A stretch of 64,000 nucleotides of DNA from Nitrosopumilus sp. (GCA_965207075.1 CBDBLO010000002.1:832001-896000); one strand, 5' to 3'; positions 39,554 to 49,700 are shown, counted from the stretch's first letter. A program made the numbers and translations. The notes: generated by a model not told the origin, from the sequence alone.

Positions 39554-40993
39554 ATGTCCGCACTTCAAAAGCTGTCAGAACTTGACGAGTCCCACATAGA
39601 CGCGATATCCGCCCAGGGGCGCGATCCGCAGTGGCTTCAAGAGTACAGGCGCAGCTCGTTTGAGGCGTACGGCCGGCTGCCGCTTGAGACCTCTCCACTG
39701 TACAACAAGTATACCGATGCCAGGAGGCTTGATCCCGCGCAGGTACTGCTGCCGCCGGGCATGTCTGCATCTGATGCCGAGCCCGCGTTCTTGGGCCGCC
39801 GGATTGCGGAACTGAAGGACGAGTTGTCGATCATACAGGTGGGCACCAGCATTGCCCGCGTCAACGTTACTGACGACGCGGCGGCCAAGGGCGTCGTGGT
39901 CAGCTCCATATATGACGCGCTCAACGACGGCAACAGCGAGTCGGCCATACGCGCCGCCCTCGAGTCGTCGGACTCGGAGGGTGACAAGTTCACCGCGCTG
40001 AACAATGCGGCCTTTAACTCCGGGATATTCGTACACGTTCCCGACGGGGTCCAGATTGACAGGCCCATATACGCGCTGGTCTGCCTGCCCCAAGACGGCT
40101 CTTCTGTAATATCGCGCAACGTCATTGCAATGGGAGACTCGGCGAGGGCCACCATCGTACAGGAGATGTACTCGCCAAGGCCCGGCGACGGTTCTGCGTC
40201 CCCCGGGGCCCTGCAGCCGTCATATCTGGAGATGCTCAACACGACGGTGGGAGCCAACTCGCGCCTTGACGTGACTACGCTCCAGATGCTTGACCAGTCT
40301 GCCGTCAACTTCTCGACCCGGCTTACCAACATATCGCAGGACGCCCAAGTGAACTGGTATTCGGGACTCTTCGGGGCCCAGCTGAGCAGGTACCGCATAG
40401 ACTACTTTTTGCGCGGCAGCGGGGCGTCTACGAACGACTCTGAGGTGGTGTTCGGCAACGCGGACCAGTCCTTTGACATCCAGACCGAGGTGAACCACGA
40501 GAGCCCCGCGACCGAGGGCAGGGTTGTCGAAAAGTCCATCCTACGCGACAAGTCCAAGTCGCTGTTCAAGGGCATGATACGCATAAGGGAGAACGCGACA
40601 AAGTCAAACTCATTTCTGTCAGGCAGGTCCATCCTGCTTGATCCCGACGCCAAGTCCGACGCCATACCCGGGCTGGAAATACTGACAAACGATGTCAAGG
40701 CCACGCATTCGGCGTCGGTCGCCCAGATCGACGAAGAGCAGATATTCTACCTGCAGTCGAGGTGCCTCAGCAAGGAGGAGGCCGAACGCACCATCGTCGA
40801 GGGGTTCTTGGAGCCGCTGTCCAGGAAGATGTCGTACCAGGTAAGGGCCTGGATTGCATACCTGATCGAGTCAAAATGGGAAGGCCGCGAGCTTGGCATC
40901 AATACGGACGAGGAGCTTGCAAAGTTCATCGAGGTCGAGGAGACCAGATACAACGAGGATGCGGAGATTGAGCAACACTACAAGTACCGCTGA
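39554..40993 (+). CDS. sufD: Fe-S cluster assembly protein SufD
   Basis: FKGMIRI, AIPGLEILTNDVKATHSASV, FYLQSR; follows sufB. Confidence 0.92.
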   Translation: MSALQKLSELDESHIDAISAQGRDPQWLQEYRRSSFEAYGRLPLETSPLYNKYTDARRLDPAQVLLPPGMSASDAEPAFLGRRIAELKDELSIIQVGTSIARVNVTDDAAAKGVVVSSIYDALNDGNSESAIRAALESSDSEGDKFTALNNAAFNSGIFVHVPDGVQIDRPIYALVCLPQDGSSVISRNVIAMGDSARATIVQEMYSPRPGDGSASPGALQPSYLEMLNTTVGANSRLDVTTLQMLDQSAVNFSTRLTNISQDAQVNWYSGLFGAQLSRYRIDYFLRGSGASTNDSEVVFGNADQSFDIQTEVNHESPATEGRVVEKSILRDKSKSLFKGMIRIRENATKSNSFLSGRSILLDPDAKSDAIPGLEILTNDVKATHSASVAQIDEEQIFYLQSRCLSKEEAERTIVEGFLEPLSRKMSYQVRAWIAYLIESKWEGRELGINTDEELAKFIEVEETRYNEDAEIEQHYKYR

Positions 40994-41015
40994 TGGCGGC
41001 GGCGGGAACGGCGCC

Positions 41016-41375
41016 ATGGACGCTGCCGCAGGTGACGGCGCCGGCGGCAACGACGACGGCAAAAAAAGATGGCTCCGCGTGTGCCCGCTCTCCGACGTTG
41101 CAGACGGGACGCTGCAAAAATTCGAGGATCACGAGGGCGGCCGCAGGATGCTGATCGCAAACCAGGGCGGGGCAATACGCGCGACTGACCTGATGTGCAC
41201 TCACGAGGACGCGGACCTGTCGACAGGCTTTCTGGGGCCCGACGGCGTGCGCTGCCCGTTACACCTTTCTGTGTTTGACTTGGAGTCAGGCTGCCCACTC
41301 AACCCTCCCGCCGAAAAACCCGTGCAAGTCTACAATGTTAGAGTGGACGATGGACAGATATACGTAGAGGCGTAG
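41016..41375 (+). CDS. Rieske-type ferredoxin
   Basis: CTHE...CPLHLSVFDL. Confidence 0.9.
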   Translation: MDAAAGDGAGGNDDGKKRWLRVCPLSDVADGTLQKFEDHEGGRRMLIANQGGAIRATDLMCTHEDADLSTGFLGPDGVRCPLHLSVFDLESGCPLNPPAEKPVQVYNVRVDDGQIYVEA

Positions 41376-41384
41376 TGATCGGCC

Positions 41385-42833
41385 ATGGACGCGACTCAGA
41401 ACGGACAATCATCCCAGCAGCAGCAGCAGCAAAAGCAGCAGCAGAACAAAAAGGCACGCCGCCGGAATCGACGGCATCGGCAATTCCAGGATGCGCAAAG
41501 GCAGCCGCAGACTCCGCAGCAAAGGCAGCCGCAGACTCCGCAGCAAACAGAACCCCCTGCGCAGTCAGCGGTAAACTTTGAGGATCTTCGAGGGGACTTT
41601 CCGATACTTGCCCGGACCGTCAGGGACGGAAAGCCCCTGGTATATCTGGATAATGCATCCACCACGCAAAAGCCCACGCAGGTGATAGACGCGATAGGCG
41701 ACTATTACAGGACGTACAACGCGAACACCCACAGGGCCGTATACGCGCTTGCCGAGGAGGCCACTGAGGCCTACGAGGCGGTCCGGGACAAGGTGGCCAA
41801 ATTTGTAAACATCAAGGACCGGCAGGAGATAATATTCGTCCGCGGCACTACTGAGGCAATCAACCTGGTGGCGTACGCGTGGGGAAGAGGACACGTAAAG
41901 CCCGGCGACATCATAGTCACTACGGAGTACGAACACCACAGCAACATTGTGCCGTGGCAGCTCGTGGCCGAAGAAAGAGGGGCCGTCCTAGAGTATATCC
42001 GGATTGACGATAACGGCGAGCTGATTCTTGACGACTTGGACAAGCTGCTTGAGACTGGAAGGGTGAGGCTGGTCGCGTTCAGCCTGATGTCAAACGTGCT
42101 TGGCACCATCACGGACTCAGACGCAATCATATCAAAGTGCAAGGCTGCCGGCGTCCCCACGCTGGTGGACGGCGCCCAGGCCGTGCCGCACATGCCAGTC
42201 GACATCGCGTCGCTCGGGTGTGACTTTTTCGCGTTCTCCGGCCACAAGATGATGGGGCCCACCGGCATAGGCGTGCTCTGGGCGAGCAAGGAAATGCTGG
42301 GCGAGATGGTGCCGTTCCACGGGGGCGGCGACATGATACGAGAGGTTCACAAGTACGAGTCCACGTGGAACGACCTGCCGTACAAGTTCGAGGCCGGCAC
42401 GCCCAACATCGCCGACGTGATAGGGCTGGGAGCCGCCATAGACTACCTTGAGAGAATCGGGATGAAGAACGTCCGAAGCCACGAGCTGTTCCTCACGCGG
42501 TACGCGCTAGAAAAACTGTCGGCCGTACCGGACCTCAAGATATACGGGCCAAAGGACGCCTCGAGGCGCGGCGGCGTCATCTCGTTTAACTTCCAGTCGG
42601 TGCACCCGCACGACGTCGCGTACATAATAGACGAGGCCGGCGTGGCGCTCAGGTCGGGACACCACTGCGCGCAGGTGCTGATGGAAAAACTCGACGTGGC
42701 GGCCACGTCAAGGGCGAGCTTTTACCTGTACAATACAACCTCCGAGATCGACGCGCTGGTAAGATCGCTTGACACGGTGGCGCAAAAGTTTGCGGTGCGC
42801 GGCAAGGAAGGGGAGGACGGGGCCGCAAAATGA
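41385..42833 (+). CDS. sufS: Cysteine desulfurase SufS with Gln-rich N-terminal extension
   Basis: YLDNASTTQKP, EHHSNIVPW, DGAQ, FSGHKM, RSGHHCAQ. Confidence 0.95.
   Translation: MDATQNGQSSQQQQQQKQQQNKKARRRNRRHRQFQDAQRQPQTPQQRQPQTPQQTEPPAQSAVNFEDLRGDFPILARTVRDGKPLVYLDNASTTQKPTQVIDAIGDYYRTYNANTHRAVYALAEEATEAYEAVRDKVAKFVNIKDRQEIIFVRGTTEAINLVAYAWGRGHVKPGDIIVTTEYEHHSNIVPWQLVAEERGAVLEYIRIDDNGELILDDLDKLLETGRVRLVAFSLMSNVLGTITDSDAIISKCKAAGVPTLVDGAQAVPHMPVDIASLGCDFFAFSGHKMMGPTGIGVLWASKEMLGEMVPFHGGGDMIREVHKYESTWNDLPYKFEAGTPNIADVIGLGAAIDYLERIGMKNVRSHELFLTRYALEKLSAVPDLKIYGPKDASRRGGVISFNFQSVHPHDVAYIIDEAGVALRSGHHCAQVLMEKLDVAATSRASFYLYNTTSEIDALVRSLDTVAQKFAVRGKEGEDGAAK
41495..41547 (+). repeat. 24-bp tandem repeat (about 2.2 copies) in the sufS extension
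   Basis: GCAAAGGCAGCCGCAGACTCCGCA twice, encoding QRQPQTPQ. Confidence 0.85.
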
Positions 42834-43324
42834 GCAGCGGTGGCAACGCGGACATCTACCACGAGATGATCGTGGACTATTCGAGGAATCCGGCAAACTT
42901 TGGCAAGATAGAGAACCCCGACGTGACGTTTCATGACGCAAACCCGCTGTGCGGTGACACCATAGACATAGACATGAACATATCCGACGACGCCGTCTCG
43001 GACATAAAGTTCCACGGCAAGGGCTGCGCAATCTGCATGGCGTGCTCGTCGGTCCTGACTGAGATTACAAAGGGAAAGAGCCTGGAGGAGGTGAGGGCAG
43101 TCGGCAAGGACGACATACTGGGCGAGCTGGGGCTGGAACACCTGCAGGCGGTCCGCATAAAGTGCGCGCTGCTGCCGCTGAAGGTGTTCAAGTCGGCGCT
43201 GTACACGTACCTTGGAAGGCACCTGCAGGGTGCGGGCAGCTCCACTGACCCGGCCGCCGCGGACACTGGCATGTCTGCCGAGGAGATCGACAGACTAAAA
43301 GAAGAGGCTGCCGGACTATACTAG
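42830..43324 (+). CDS. sufU: SufU/IscU-type scaffold protein
   Basis: NPLCGD, GCAICMACSS, RIKCALL. Confidence 0.9.
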   Translation: MSSGGNADIYHEMIVDYSRNPANFGKIENPDVTFHDANPLCGDTIDIDMNISDDAVSDIKFHGKGCAICMACSSVLTEITKGKSLEEVRAVGKDDILGELGLEHLQAVRIKCALLPLKVFKSALYTYLGRHLQGAGSSTDPAAADTGMSAEEIDRLKEEAAGLY

Positions 43325-43723
43325 ATGGCTGGCGATTCCCACGGGACGGCAGGGGCCGGTGACGCTCCCGCCGCTACTGCCTCCGGCAACAACGCCGACG
43401 GGCTGGGCCTTGAGATGCGCCGCGCGATATTTGAGAATTTCAACGACCTCGAGCTCCGGTTCACGAACGACGAAGTCCTTGACATCATGCGCAAAAAAGG
43501 CGTCGTGGACGACGCGTGTGACGTGTGCGACGTCGAGTCCGACTTTGTGTCGCTGTGCGAGTCGGGCCTCGTGCGCAACATAGCGCAGAACTTTAACACG
43601 ATGTGGCTGCGCCTCTTTGACGTGGTGGACGAGGTGAAGTGCGGCGCCTGCTCCCAAACAATCCACTTGGGAAGGGCAGAGGAGCGCGCGTGTCCAAATC
43701 CCGGCTGCGGGGCGCCACTGTGA
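43325..43723 (+). CDS. Conserved hypothetical protein with C-terminal zinc ribbon
   Basis: GLVRNIAQNF motif; CGAC...CPNPGC. Confidence 0.65.
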   Translation: MAGDSHGTAGAGDAPAATASGNNADGLGLEMRRAIFENFNDLELRFTNDEVLDIMRKKGVVDDACDVCDVESDFVSLCESGLVRNIAQNFNTMWLRLFDVVDEVKCGACSQTIHLGRAEERACPNPGCGAPL

Positions 43724-43727
43724 AAAC

Positions 43728-44833
43728 TATAGTCAAGAGCAAAAGTTCGTGAGCAGGCACTTGTCCTAAACGGAACCTTCATTGATCATACTAATCGGCA
43801 TACCGCATGGTCGAAACATCCAAGGAGGAATTCAAACAAGCCTACCGAAAGGAAAAGGATCCCAGGGCGGTCAAGAGGATGGCCGCGGTGAACATGGCGT
43901 ATTACAACCAGGAGAGCACGCAGCACGTGGCCGACTCGCTCATGCAGTGTCCGAACCGGGCCCTGACGTGGGTAAGGCGGTTTGAGGAGGGCGGAATAGA
44001 CGCCCTCCGGGACCTTCCCAGGAGCGGAAGGCCTCCAAGGATCGACCGCGCGACGATGGATAATATGTTGTCGGAGGCGGGGCAGTCAAAGACCACGCCG
44101 GCGAAACTCCGGCAGAAGATACGCCGGGAGGCGGGGATCATATTCCACGTGACGTACGTCAGGAAGCTCATGTGCAGGGCCGGACTCTCCGCCAAGACGG
44201 CCACCATGGTGCCCGCCAACCGCGCAGACAGCGGGACGGTAAACTCGTGGCGCCACCGGACGAAAAGGCGCACCGCACGCCTGAAAAAGGCCGGATTCGC
44301 CGTTGCGGCGATGGACGAGGCGTTCTTCATGCATAATGACGCGGTAGGTCGCAAGTACTGGCCGCCCGTGGGAACCCCGGTGAGGGTTACGCATGCGGGG
44401 GGACGCAGGAGGCTGACCGTGTTTGGCGCAGTCACGGACGACGGGAGGCAGTTCTTCAGGACGTCCACCCAGGGCTTCAACGACGGGACGTTCGTGCCGT
44501 ACGTCAGGGCCATTCTCCGCCGCTTCAAGAGAGTCGCGCTGATACTGGACGGGGCGTCGACGCACCGCTCAAGACTGACAAGGGAGGCATTTGGCGGAAA
44601 CAAGAACGTCGAGCTCATCTACCTGCCCACGGCCTCGCCGTACCTCAACGCCTCCGAACAGTGCTGGAACAGGGGAAAGAGAGATCTGATGAATTCGGAA
44701 TACTATGAGACCTTTGACGACATGCGCAAGGCCGTGTCAACGTACCTCAGAACAATACGGTTCGACCTTGACATACACAGGTACCTCAACAGAAAAGCCT
44801 CAAAGTACTCATGAACTTTGGATCGGCACTATA
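43728..44833 (+). mobile_element. IS630-family insertion sequence, apparently complete
   Basis: Imperfect TIRs TATAGTCAAGAGCAAAAGTTCGTGAG versus reverse complement TATAGTGCCGATCCAAAGTTCATGAG (20/26 by eye), TA at both ends, enclosing a transposase. Confidence 0.88.
43807..44814 (+). CDS. IS630-family transposase
   Basis: HTH (WVRRFEEGG..LRDLPRSGRPP), DDE: MDEA, ILDGASTH, LPTASPYLNASEQCW. Confidence 0.92.
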   Translation: MVETSKEEFKQAYRKEKDPRAVKRMAAVNMAYYNQESTQHVADSLMQCPNRALTWVRRFEEGGIDALRDLPRSGRPPRIDRATMDNMLSEAGQSKTTPAKLRQKIRREAGIIFHVTYVRKLMCRAGLSAKTATMVPANRADSGTVNSWRHRTKRRTARLKKAGFAVAAMDEAFFMHNDAVGRKYWPPVGTPVRVTHAGGRRRLTVFGAVTDDGRQFFRTSTQGFNDGTFVPYVRAILRRFKRVALILDGASTHRSRLTREAFGGNKNVELIYLPTASPYLNASEQCWNRGKRDLMNSEYYETFDDMRKAVSTYLRTIRFDLDIHRYLNRKASKYS

Positions 44834-44988
44834 TTATATTTTTTACTTGATTCCTGCTCGAGTCTTTCAATCCTGCTCTCGTATTCCTTTTTCATTTTTT
44901 CAACTTTATAATTGATCTTCAAATTCTCAATTGCCACACCTGATTTACCTGATGATTGTGTGTAACTTGTGACTGAGTTATCATGACC

Positions 44989-45295
44989 GTATGCACTCAG
45001 GTCGGCGCATCTCACAACACGAACGTAGGTGAAGAGCTGTTTCAGCATGCCGCAGCGATGGCGACGACAGAGGGAGTCATTGTTGCAGCCTGCCCGGACC
45101 GTTCCGCGCGCTCCGGGCAGTCGGGCGGCCTGAATATGCGCCAGTCCGGATACTCGATCATGCACTCCACCGCCGCGCGCGGGAACATGCCCAGCTTCTG
45201 GCACGTGCGCGCGACGGACACCAGCACGGAGAACACCTGGCGCCCCTCCGGCGTGGACAGCTGGCGGCGCACGTTGCGGTGCAGCACGACCCCCT
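44989..45295 (-). pseudogene. IS66-like transposase C-terminal fragment with probable element end
   Basis: VVLHRNVRRQLSTPEGRQVFSVLVSVARTCQK resembles the IS66 TnpC C-terminus; high-GC patch ending at GTATGC (44989), abruptly truncated at about 45295. Confidence 0.6.
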
Positions 45296-45395
45296 AAAAC
45301 ATATTAATGAAATAAAGGTTTCAATGATTTTGAAGTAATACCGCAACATTGATTTTAATTTTTAGCAAAACTCACCACCACACAACCATCATCAA

Positions 45396-45436
45396 GAATA
45401 ATTTTAATAATTAATAATAATTAATAATAATTAATG
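45396..45436. repeat. AT-rich short tandem repeat (AATAATTAAT)n
   Basis: aataattttaataattaataataattaataataattaatg in an otherwise GC-rich genome. Confidence 0.7.
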
Positions 45437-45788
45437 ATTGAGAATTGATCGTATATTACACATGTTCACTTGGGTGATTTTAAATATTCATGTCAGGTAG
45501 GGAGCTTGGTTCACACTGTAATTTAGCGTCACAGCAGTGGTTGACACACCGACAAGGACGCGAGTGCCCTCGAATCGTACCCACCGCGTTTGCACAAGCA
45601 CTCTAGGCCGTAATGCATTTATACGTACATGTGACTTTGTGTTGCGATGGACAAATTGGGCAGTCTTGCAGTAAAAAGACTCTTGAGATTATACACTGTG
45701 CCTGAGAGACACTGCGATACCTGTGAGCAAAAAAGAACTAATGTACAACTTTGCGTTTTGCCCGGGAGGAGCGCACATCGCGCGGAGG

Positions 45789-48700
45789 TTGAATGACAGA
45801 TTGCAGGCGCTGACGTGGGTCGTAATGGCATTTGTATTGTTTACAGTTGCATATGCGCCGTCTGCGTTTGCACAGACTGTCGTGGGGGATCCGTGCAATG
45901 ATGGCAACAGTGTGGACGTCACTCCGGGACGAGTAACATACGATCTGAGCAGTATAGAATGCATGGTCGACGAGGCAGTCTCAGAAGCCTTGGAGATGTA
46001 TGAAGAACGGGGCAGTTCCTCTTTTGACGCGATTACGGCCTCTGCTGTGGATGAGCCCCCGTTTGCACCGTTTGTCATCCATGCCGATGATCTGCGTATC
46101 GTGGCAAACAGCGCCGACCCTGATTACGTGAACCGGACTGCTGAATACCTGCGCAATGCCAATACTACTCTTGAACAAGTTCTTGCCCTGCAGAACGGTG
46201 AAAAAATCTGGGTAAAGTACATCGACACCAATCCTGCGCTTGGACAGGAACAGGTAAAAGTTGCACTGTTGCTTTTACATGGTGACTATATATTCGGGGC
46301 CGGATATTATCTGCCGGACTTTGAGGTTCAGGAACTGATCGAGCAGACCGTGCGAGGGTACGAGTCTGACGGCGTGGCCACATTTGAGGACATTACTCCG
46401 GACTCGCCAAGAGTTACAGATGACCTGTACGTGTTTGTGATAAGTTACCCGAATTGGATCAGGGTGGCAGACGGTGTGGTGCCTGACCGGGTGAACAAAC
46501 CTGATACCATTCTTGACACGTCCGCTCGAACGGTTGATGACGTACGTGCGGACCTAGCGGCCAATGGCTCTACATGGGCCACGTATACGTTTCACAACCC
46601 TGCCACCGATATAATACAACTCAAGCGCACGTGGCTCTACCTACATGATGGCTATGTGTTCGGCTCTGGGTATTATCCGCATGACTCTAGGTCGCAATCG
46701 CAGGCAGAATCTGCAAAGATACAATATACTGCACACGGCACCGCTGCCTTTGGAATGATAACTCCGATGGTGCCCAATCCACTATTGACAGACTCTACCT
46801 TTGTACTGGACTCGTCAACCCTCGAGGTGGTGGCACATGCACGTTCGCCATATTTGCTAGAGACGAACTTTGCGCAACTCGCTATGGCAGACAAGCCACT
46901 GGAGAGGATCAGAGACGAACTGCAGCGTGACGAGGATGGCATCTGGGTGTGGTATATGGACTTCAACCCAGCAACTGGGACCAACCAGCTCACCCATGCA
47001 TATATCATATTATATGATGGCTACATATTCGGTGCCAGCTCTCCGCTTCCTGACATACGCGCGCAGGCGGTGATAGATGATGCAATCTACACGTACAGGA
47101 ACAATCCTGACACTGCATTTGACATTATAAATTCCGGAGCGCTCAACAGACTTGATGTCATTCCACTAGTGATCAACGGCACGCTGGTGGCGCACGGACT
47201 CCTGCCGCACTTGGTCGGAATGCCACTGGAGGGTGCGATAGAGAGGAGTACCACGCAAATTTTTGACGATCTGGAGGACGGATATTCTGCGGCCGGGCAC
47301 CTTGCATTTTTTGACCCTCTGACTGGAATAACGCAGATCACGCGCGCCCTGTATGTGTTTCATGATGGTTACTTTTTTGCCGCAACGTATACTATAGCAG
47401 ACGCCGACACTCAGTCCCAGACAGACTATGCTCGGTTTGTGTACGAATCCAACATGGAAGACGGAAAATGGAGGGATATCCTGACTCCTGATGAGCCCAT
47501 AGTGACAGATGATCTGTATTCGTTTGTAATCGACTTGGAATCGTGGACTCGGCTTGCAGACGGTGTGGTGCCAGCGCGTGTAAACCAACCTGAGACCATA
47601 CTGGATACATCCTACAGGTCGGTTGCTGACGTGCGAAGCGACCTAGAAGAGAACGGCAGGACGTGGCTGACGTACACGTTTCACAATCCTGCCACCGGGG
47701 TAGAGCAGCTAAAGCGCACGTACCTCCAGCTGCGAGACGGGCTTGTGTTTGGATCCGGCTACTATCTGCTGGACTCTGAAGTCCAGGCCGTGGCGTATTC
47801 GAGCATACTCTCATACCTTGCCTCTGGCGCGAACGTGGCGCTCGCTACCATCAACGCCATGCAGGACACACCGGTCTCGACGTATCCGTTTGTTGTAGAT
47901 CCACGCTCTGGAACGATACTGGCTCAGGGTGTAAGAGACAGCACGATCGGCACTGCCGACTGGGATGAAATCCTCAAGATACTTTCAGTGGATGAAATTT
48001 TTGCAGAGCTGCAGACCAAACCCGGCATCTGGGTCAGTTATACCCATACAGAACCCGTCAGCGGCGTGTCAGAAGTAAAGCGTACTTGGCTTGCCCATTA
48101 TAATGGATTGATATTCGGATCCGGATACTATACATCGGACATACCGGCATCTGATGCCAAGTTTGTGGTGAATAACGCGATACAGACCTATGACGCCAAC
48201 AGACAAAACGACGCGTGGATAGACATAATCACGCCTGATGAGCCGATCACGACTGACGCCCTGTATCCGTTTGTAATCGACTTGGAATCGTGGACCCGGC
48301 TTGCAGACGGTGTGATACCAGCGCGAGTAGGGCATTCTGAGACCATACTTGAAAAGTCTGGCCGCACTCTGGAAAGCGTGCGTACGGAGCTTCGCGAGCG
48401 CGGCAGCATGTGGATTTCCTATACGTTTCACAACCCTGCCACCGGAATCGAGCAGCTAAAGCACTCTTACTTGCAGCTGCACGACGGTATCGTATTCGGT
48501 TCCGGGTACTATGTACTTGACTCTCGGGTCCAGTCTGCCGTAAACGGCAAGACCATAGAGTATGAGCGCGACGGCTGGGCCGCCACCATTGCCGCCACGT
48601 CGGCAATACCTGCAGAACCAATTTCCACGTACGCCTTTATCGTTGATCCTCAGAGCGGCGCAACCCTTGCGCAGAACGTGGATCCCGTGAGAATCGGCCA

Positions 48701-49700
48701 CGTGGATGACTGGACGGCCATTACGACAACGACGAGCGCACAGTCAATACTCGATATCATTGACAAGGGGACCGGCACGTGGGTCAGTTATGACCACACC
48801 AACCCATTGACTGGCGTTTCGGAGACAAAGCGCGCCTGGCTTGTCTTGCACGACGGTATCGTGTTTGGTTCAGGATATTACACTACTGACATACCTGTAT
48901 CTGACGTGAGATTTGTGGTGAATAACGCGATACAGACCTATGACGCCAACAGACAAAACGACGCGTGGATAGACATAATCACGCCTGATGAGCCGATCAC
49001 GACTGACATCCTGTATCCGTTTGTAATCGACTTGGAATCGTGGACCCGGCTTGCAGACGGTGTGATACCAGCGCGAGTAGGGCATCCTGAGACCATACTT
49101 GAAAAGTCTGACCACACTCTGGAAAGCGTGCGTACGGAGCTTCGCGAGCGCGGCAGCATGTGGGTTGTCTACACTTTCCACAACCCTGCCACCGGAATCG
49201 AGCAGCTAAAGCACTCTTACTTGCAGCTGCACGACGGTATCGTATTCGGTTCCGGGTACTATGTACTTGACTCGCACGTCCAGTCTACCGTAAACGGCAA
49301 GACCATAGAGTATGAGCGCGACGGCAGGGCCGCCACCATTGCCGCCACGTCGGCAATACCTGCAGAACCAATTCCCACGTACGCCTTTATCGTTGATCCT
49401 CAGAGCGGCGCAACCCTTGCGCAGAACGTGGATCCCGTGAGAATCGGCCACGTGGATGACTGGACGGCCATTACGACAACGACGAGCGCACAGTCAATAC
49501 TCGATATCATTGACAAGGGGACCGGCACGTGGGTCAGTTATGACCACACCAACCCACTGACTGGAATCTTGGAGGAAAAGCGCGCCTGGCTTGTCTTGCA
49601 CGACGGTATCGTGTTTGGTTCAGGATACTACGAGTCTACTCAGATTGACATTGAGCCACTGTCATCTGGATCAACACCTGCCCCTGGGCAATGCAGGTGA
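45789..49700 (+). CDS. Large exported protein of ten tandem single-Cache (sCache_2-like) domains
   Basis: Signal peptide (..LTWVVMAFVLFTVAYAPSAFA/Q); ten roughly 120-125-aa units with Y.FV.D...G.W..Y.F.NP.TG..E.K......DG..FGSGYY; no C-terminal TM or output domain; start uncertain (45723-45826). Confidence 0.8.
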   Translation: MNDRLQALTWVVMAFVLFTVAYAPSAFAQTVVGDPCNDGNSVDVTPGRVTYDLSSIECMVDEAVSEALEMYEERGSSSFDAITASAVDEPPFAPFVIHADDLRIVANSADPDYVNRTAEYLRNANTTLEQVLALQNGEKIWVKYIDTNPALGQEQVKVALLLLHGDYIFGAGYYLPDFEVQELIEQTVRGYESDGVATFEDITPDSPRVTDDLYVFVISYPNWIRVADGVVPDRVNKPDTILDTSARTVDDVRADLAANGSTWATYTFHNPATDIIQLKRTWLYLHDGYVFGSGYYPHDSRSQSQAESAKIQYTAHGTAAFGMITPMVPNPLLTDSTFVLDSSTLEVVAHARSPYLLETNFAQLAMADKPLERIRDELQRDEDGIWVWYMDFNPATGTNQLTHAYIILYDGYIFGASSPLPDIRAQAVIDDAIYTYRNNPDTAFDIINSGALNRLDVIPLVINGTLVAHGLLPHLVGMPLEGAIERSTTQIFDDLEDGYSAAGHLAFFDPLTGITQITRALYVFHDGYFFAATYTIADADTQSQTDYARFVYESNMEDGKWRDILTPDEPIVTDDLYSFVIDLESWTRLADGVVPARVNQPETILDTSYRSVADVRSDLEENGRTWLTYTFHNPATGVEQLKRTYLQLRDGLVFGSGYYLLDSEVQAVAYSSILSYLASGANVALATINAMQDTPVSTYPFVVDPRSGTILAQGVRDSTIGTADWDEILKILSVDEIFAELQTKPGIWVSYTHTEPVSGVSEVKRTWLAHYNGLIFGSGYYTSDIPASDAKFVVNNAIQTYDANRQNDAWIDIITPDEPITTDALYPFVIDLESWTRLADGVIPARVGHSETILEKSGRTLESVRTELRERGSMWISYTFHNPATGIEQLKHSYLQLHDGIVFGSGYYVLDSRVQSAVNGKTIEYERDGWAATIAATSAIPAEPISTYAFIVDPQSGATLAQNVDPVRIGHVDDWTAITTTTSAQSILDIIDKGTGTWVSYDHTNPLTGVSETKRAWLVLHDGIVFGSGYYTTDIPVSDVRFVVNNAIQTYDANRQNDAWIDIITPDEPITTDILYPFVIDLESWTRLADGVIPARVGHPETILEKSDHTLESVRTELRERGSMWVVYTFHNPATGIEQLKHSYLQLHDGIVFGSGYYVLDSHVQSTVNGKTIEYERDGRAATIAATSAIPAEPIPTYAFIVDPQSGATLAQNVDPVRIGHVDDWTAITTTTSAQSILDIIDKGTGTWVSYDHTNPLTGILEEKRAWLVLHDGIVFGSGYYESTQIDIEPLSSGSTPAPGQCR
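48162..49627 (+). repeat. Near-identical internal tandem duplication, period 750 bp (two Cache units)
   Basis: 48162-48877 matches 48912-49627; shadow ORFs recur at +750 (48188/48938, 48456/49206). Confidence 0.95.

Noticed and set aside
38116-43324. Missing sufC as a sign of a defective SUF system
   Set aside because: sufC can lie elsewhere in the genome; this cannot be judged from one window
48162-49627. Diversity-generating retroelement TR/VR pair
   Set aside because: Both copies are in-frame parts of one ORF, the mismatches are not adenine-specific, and no reverse transcriptase is in the window
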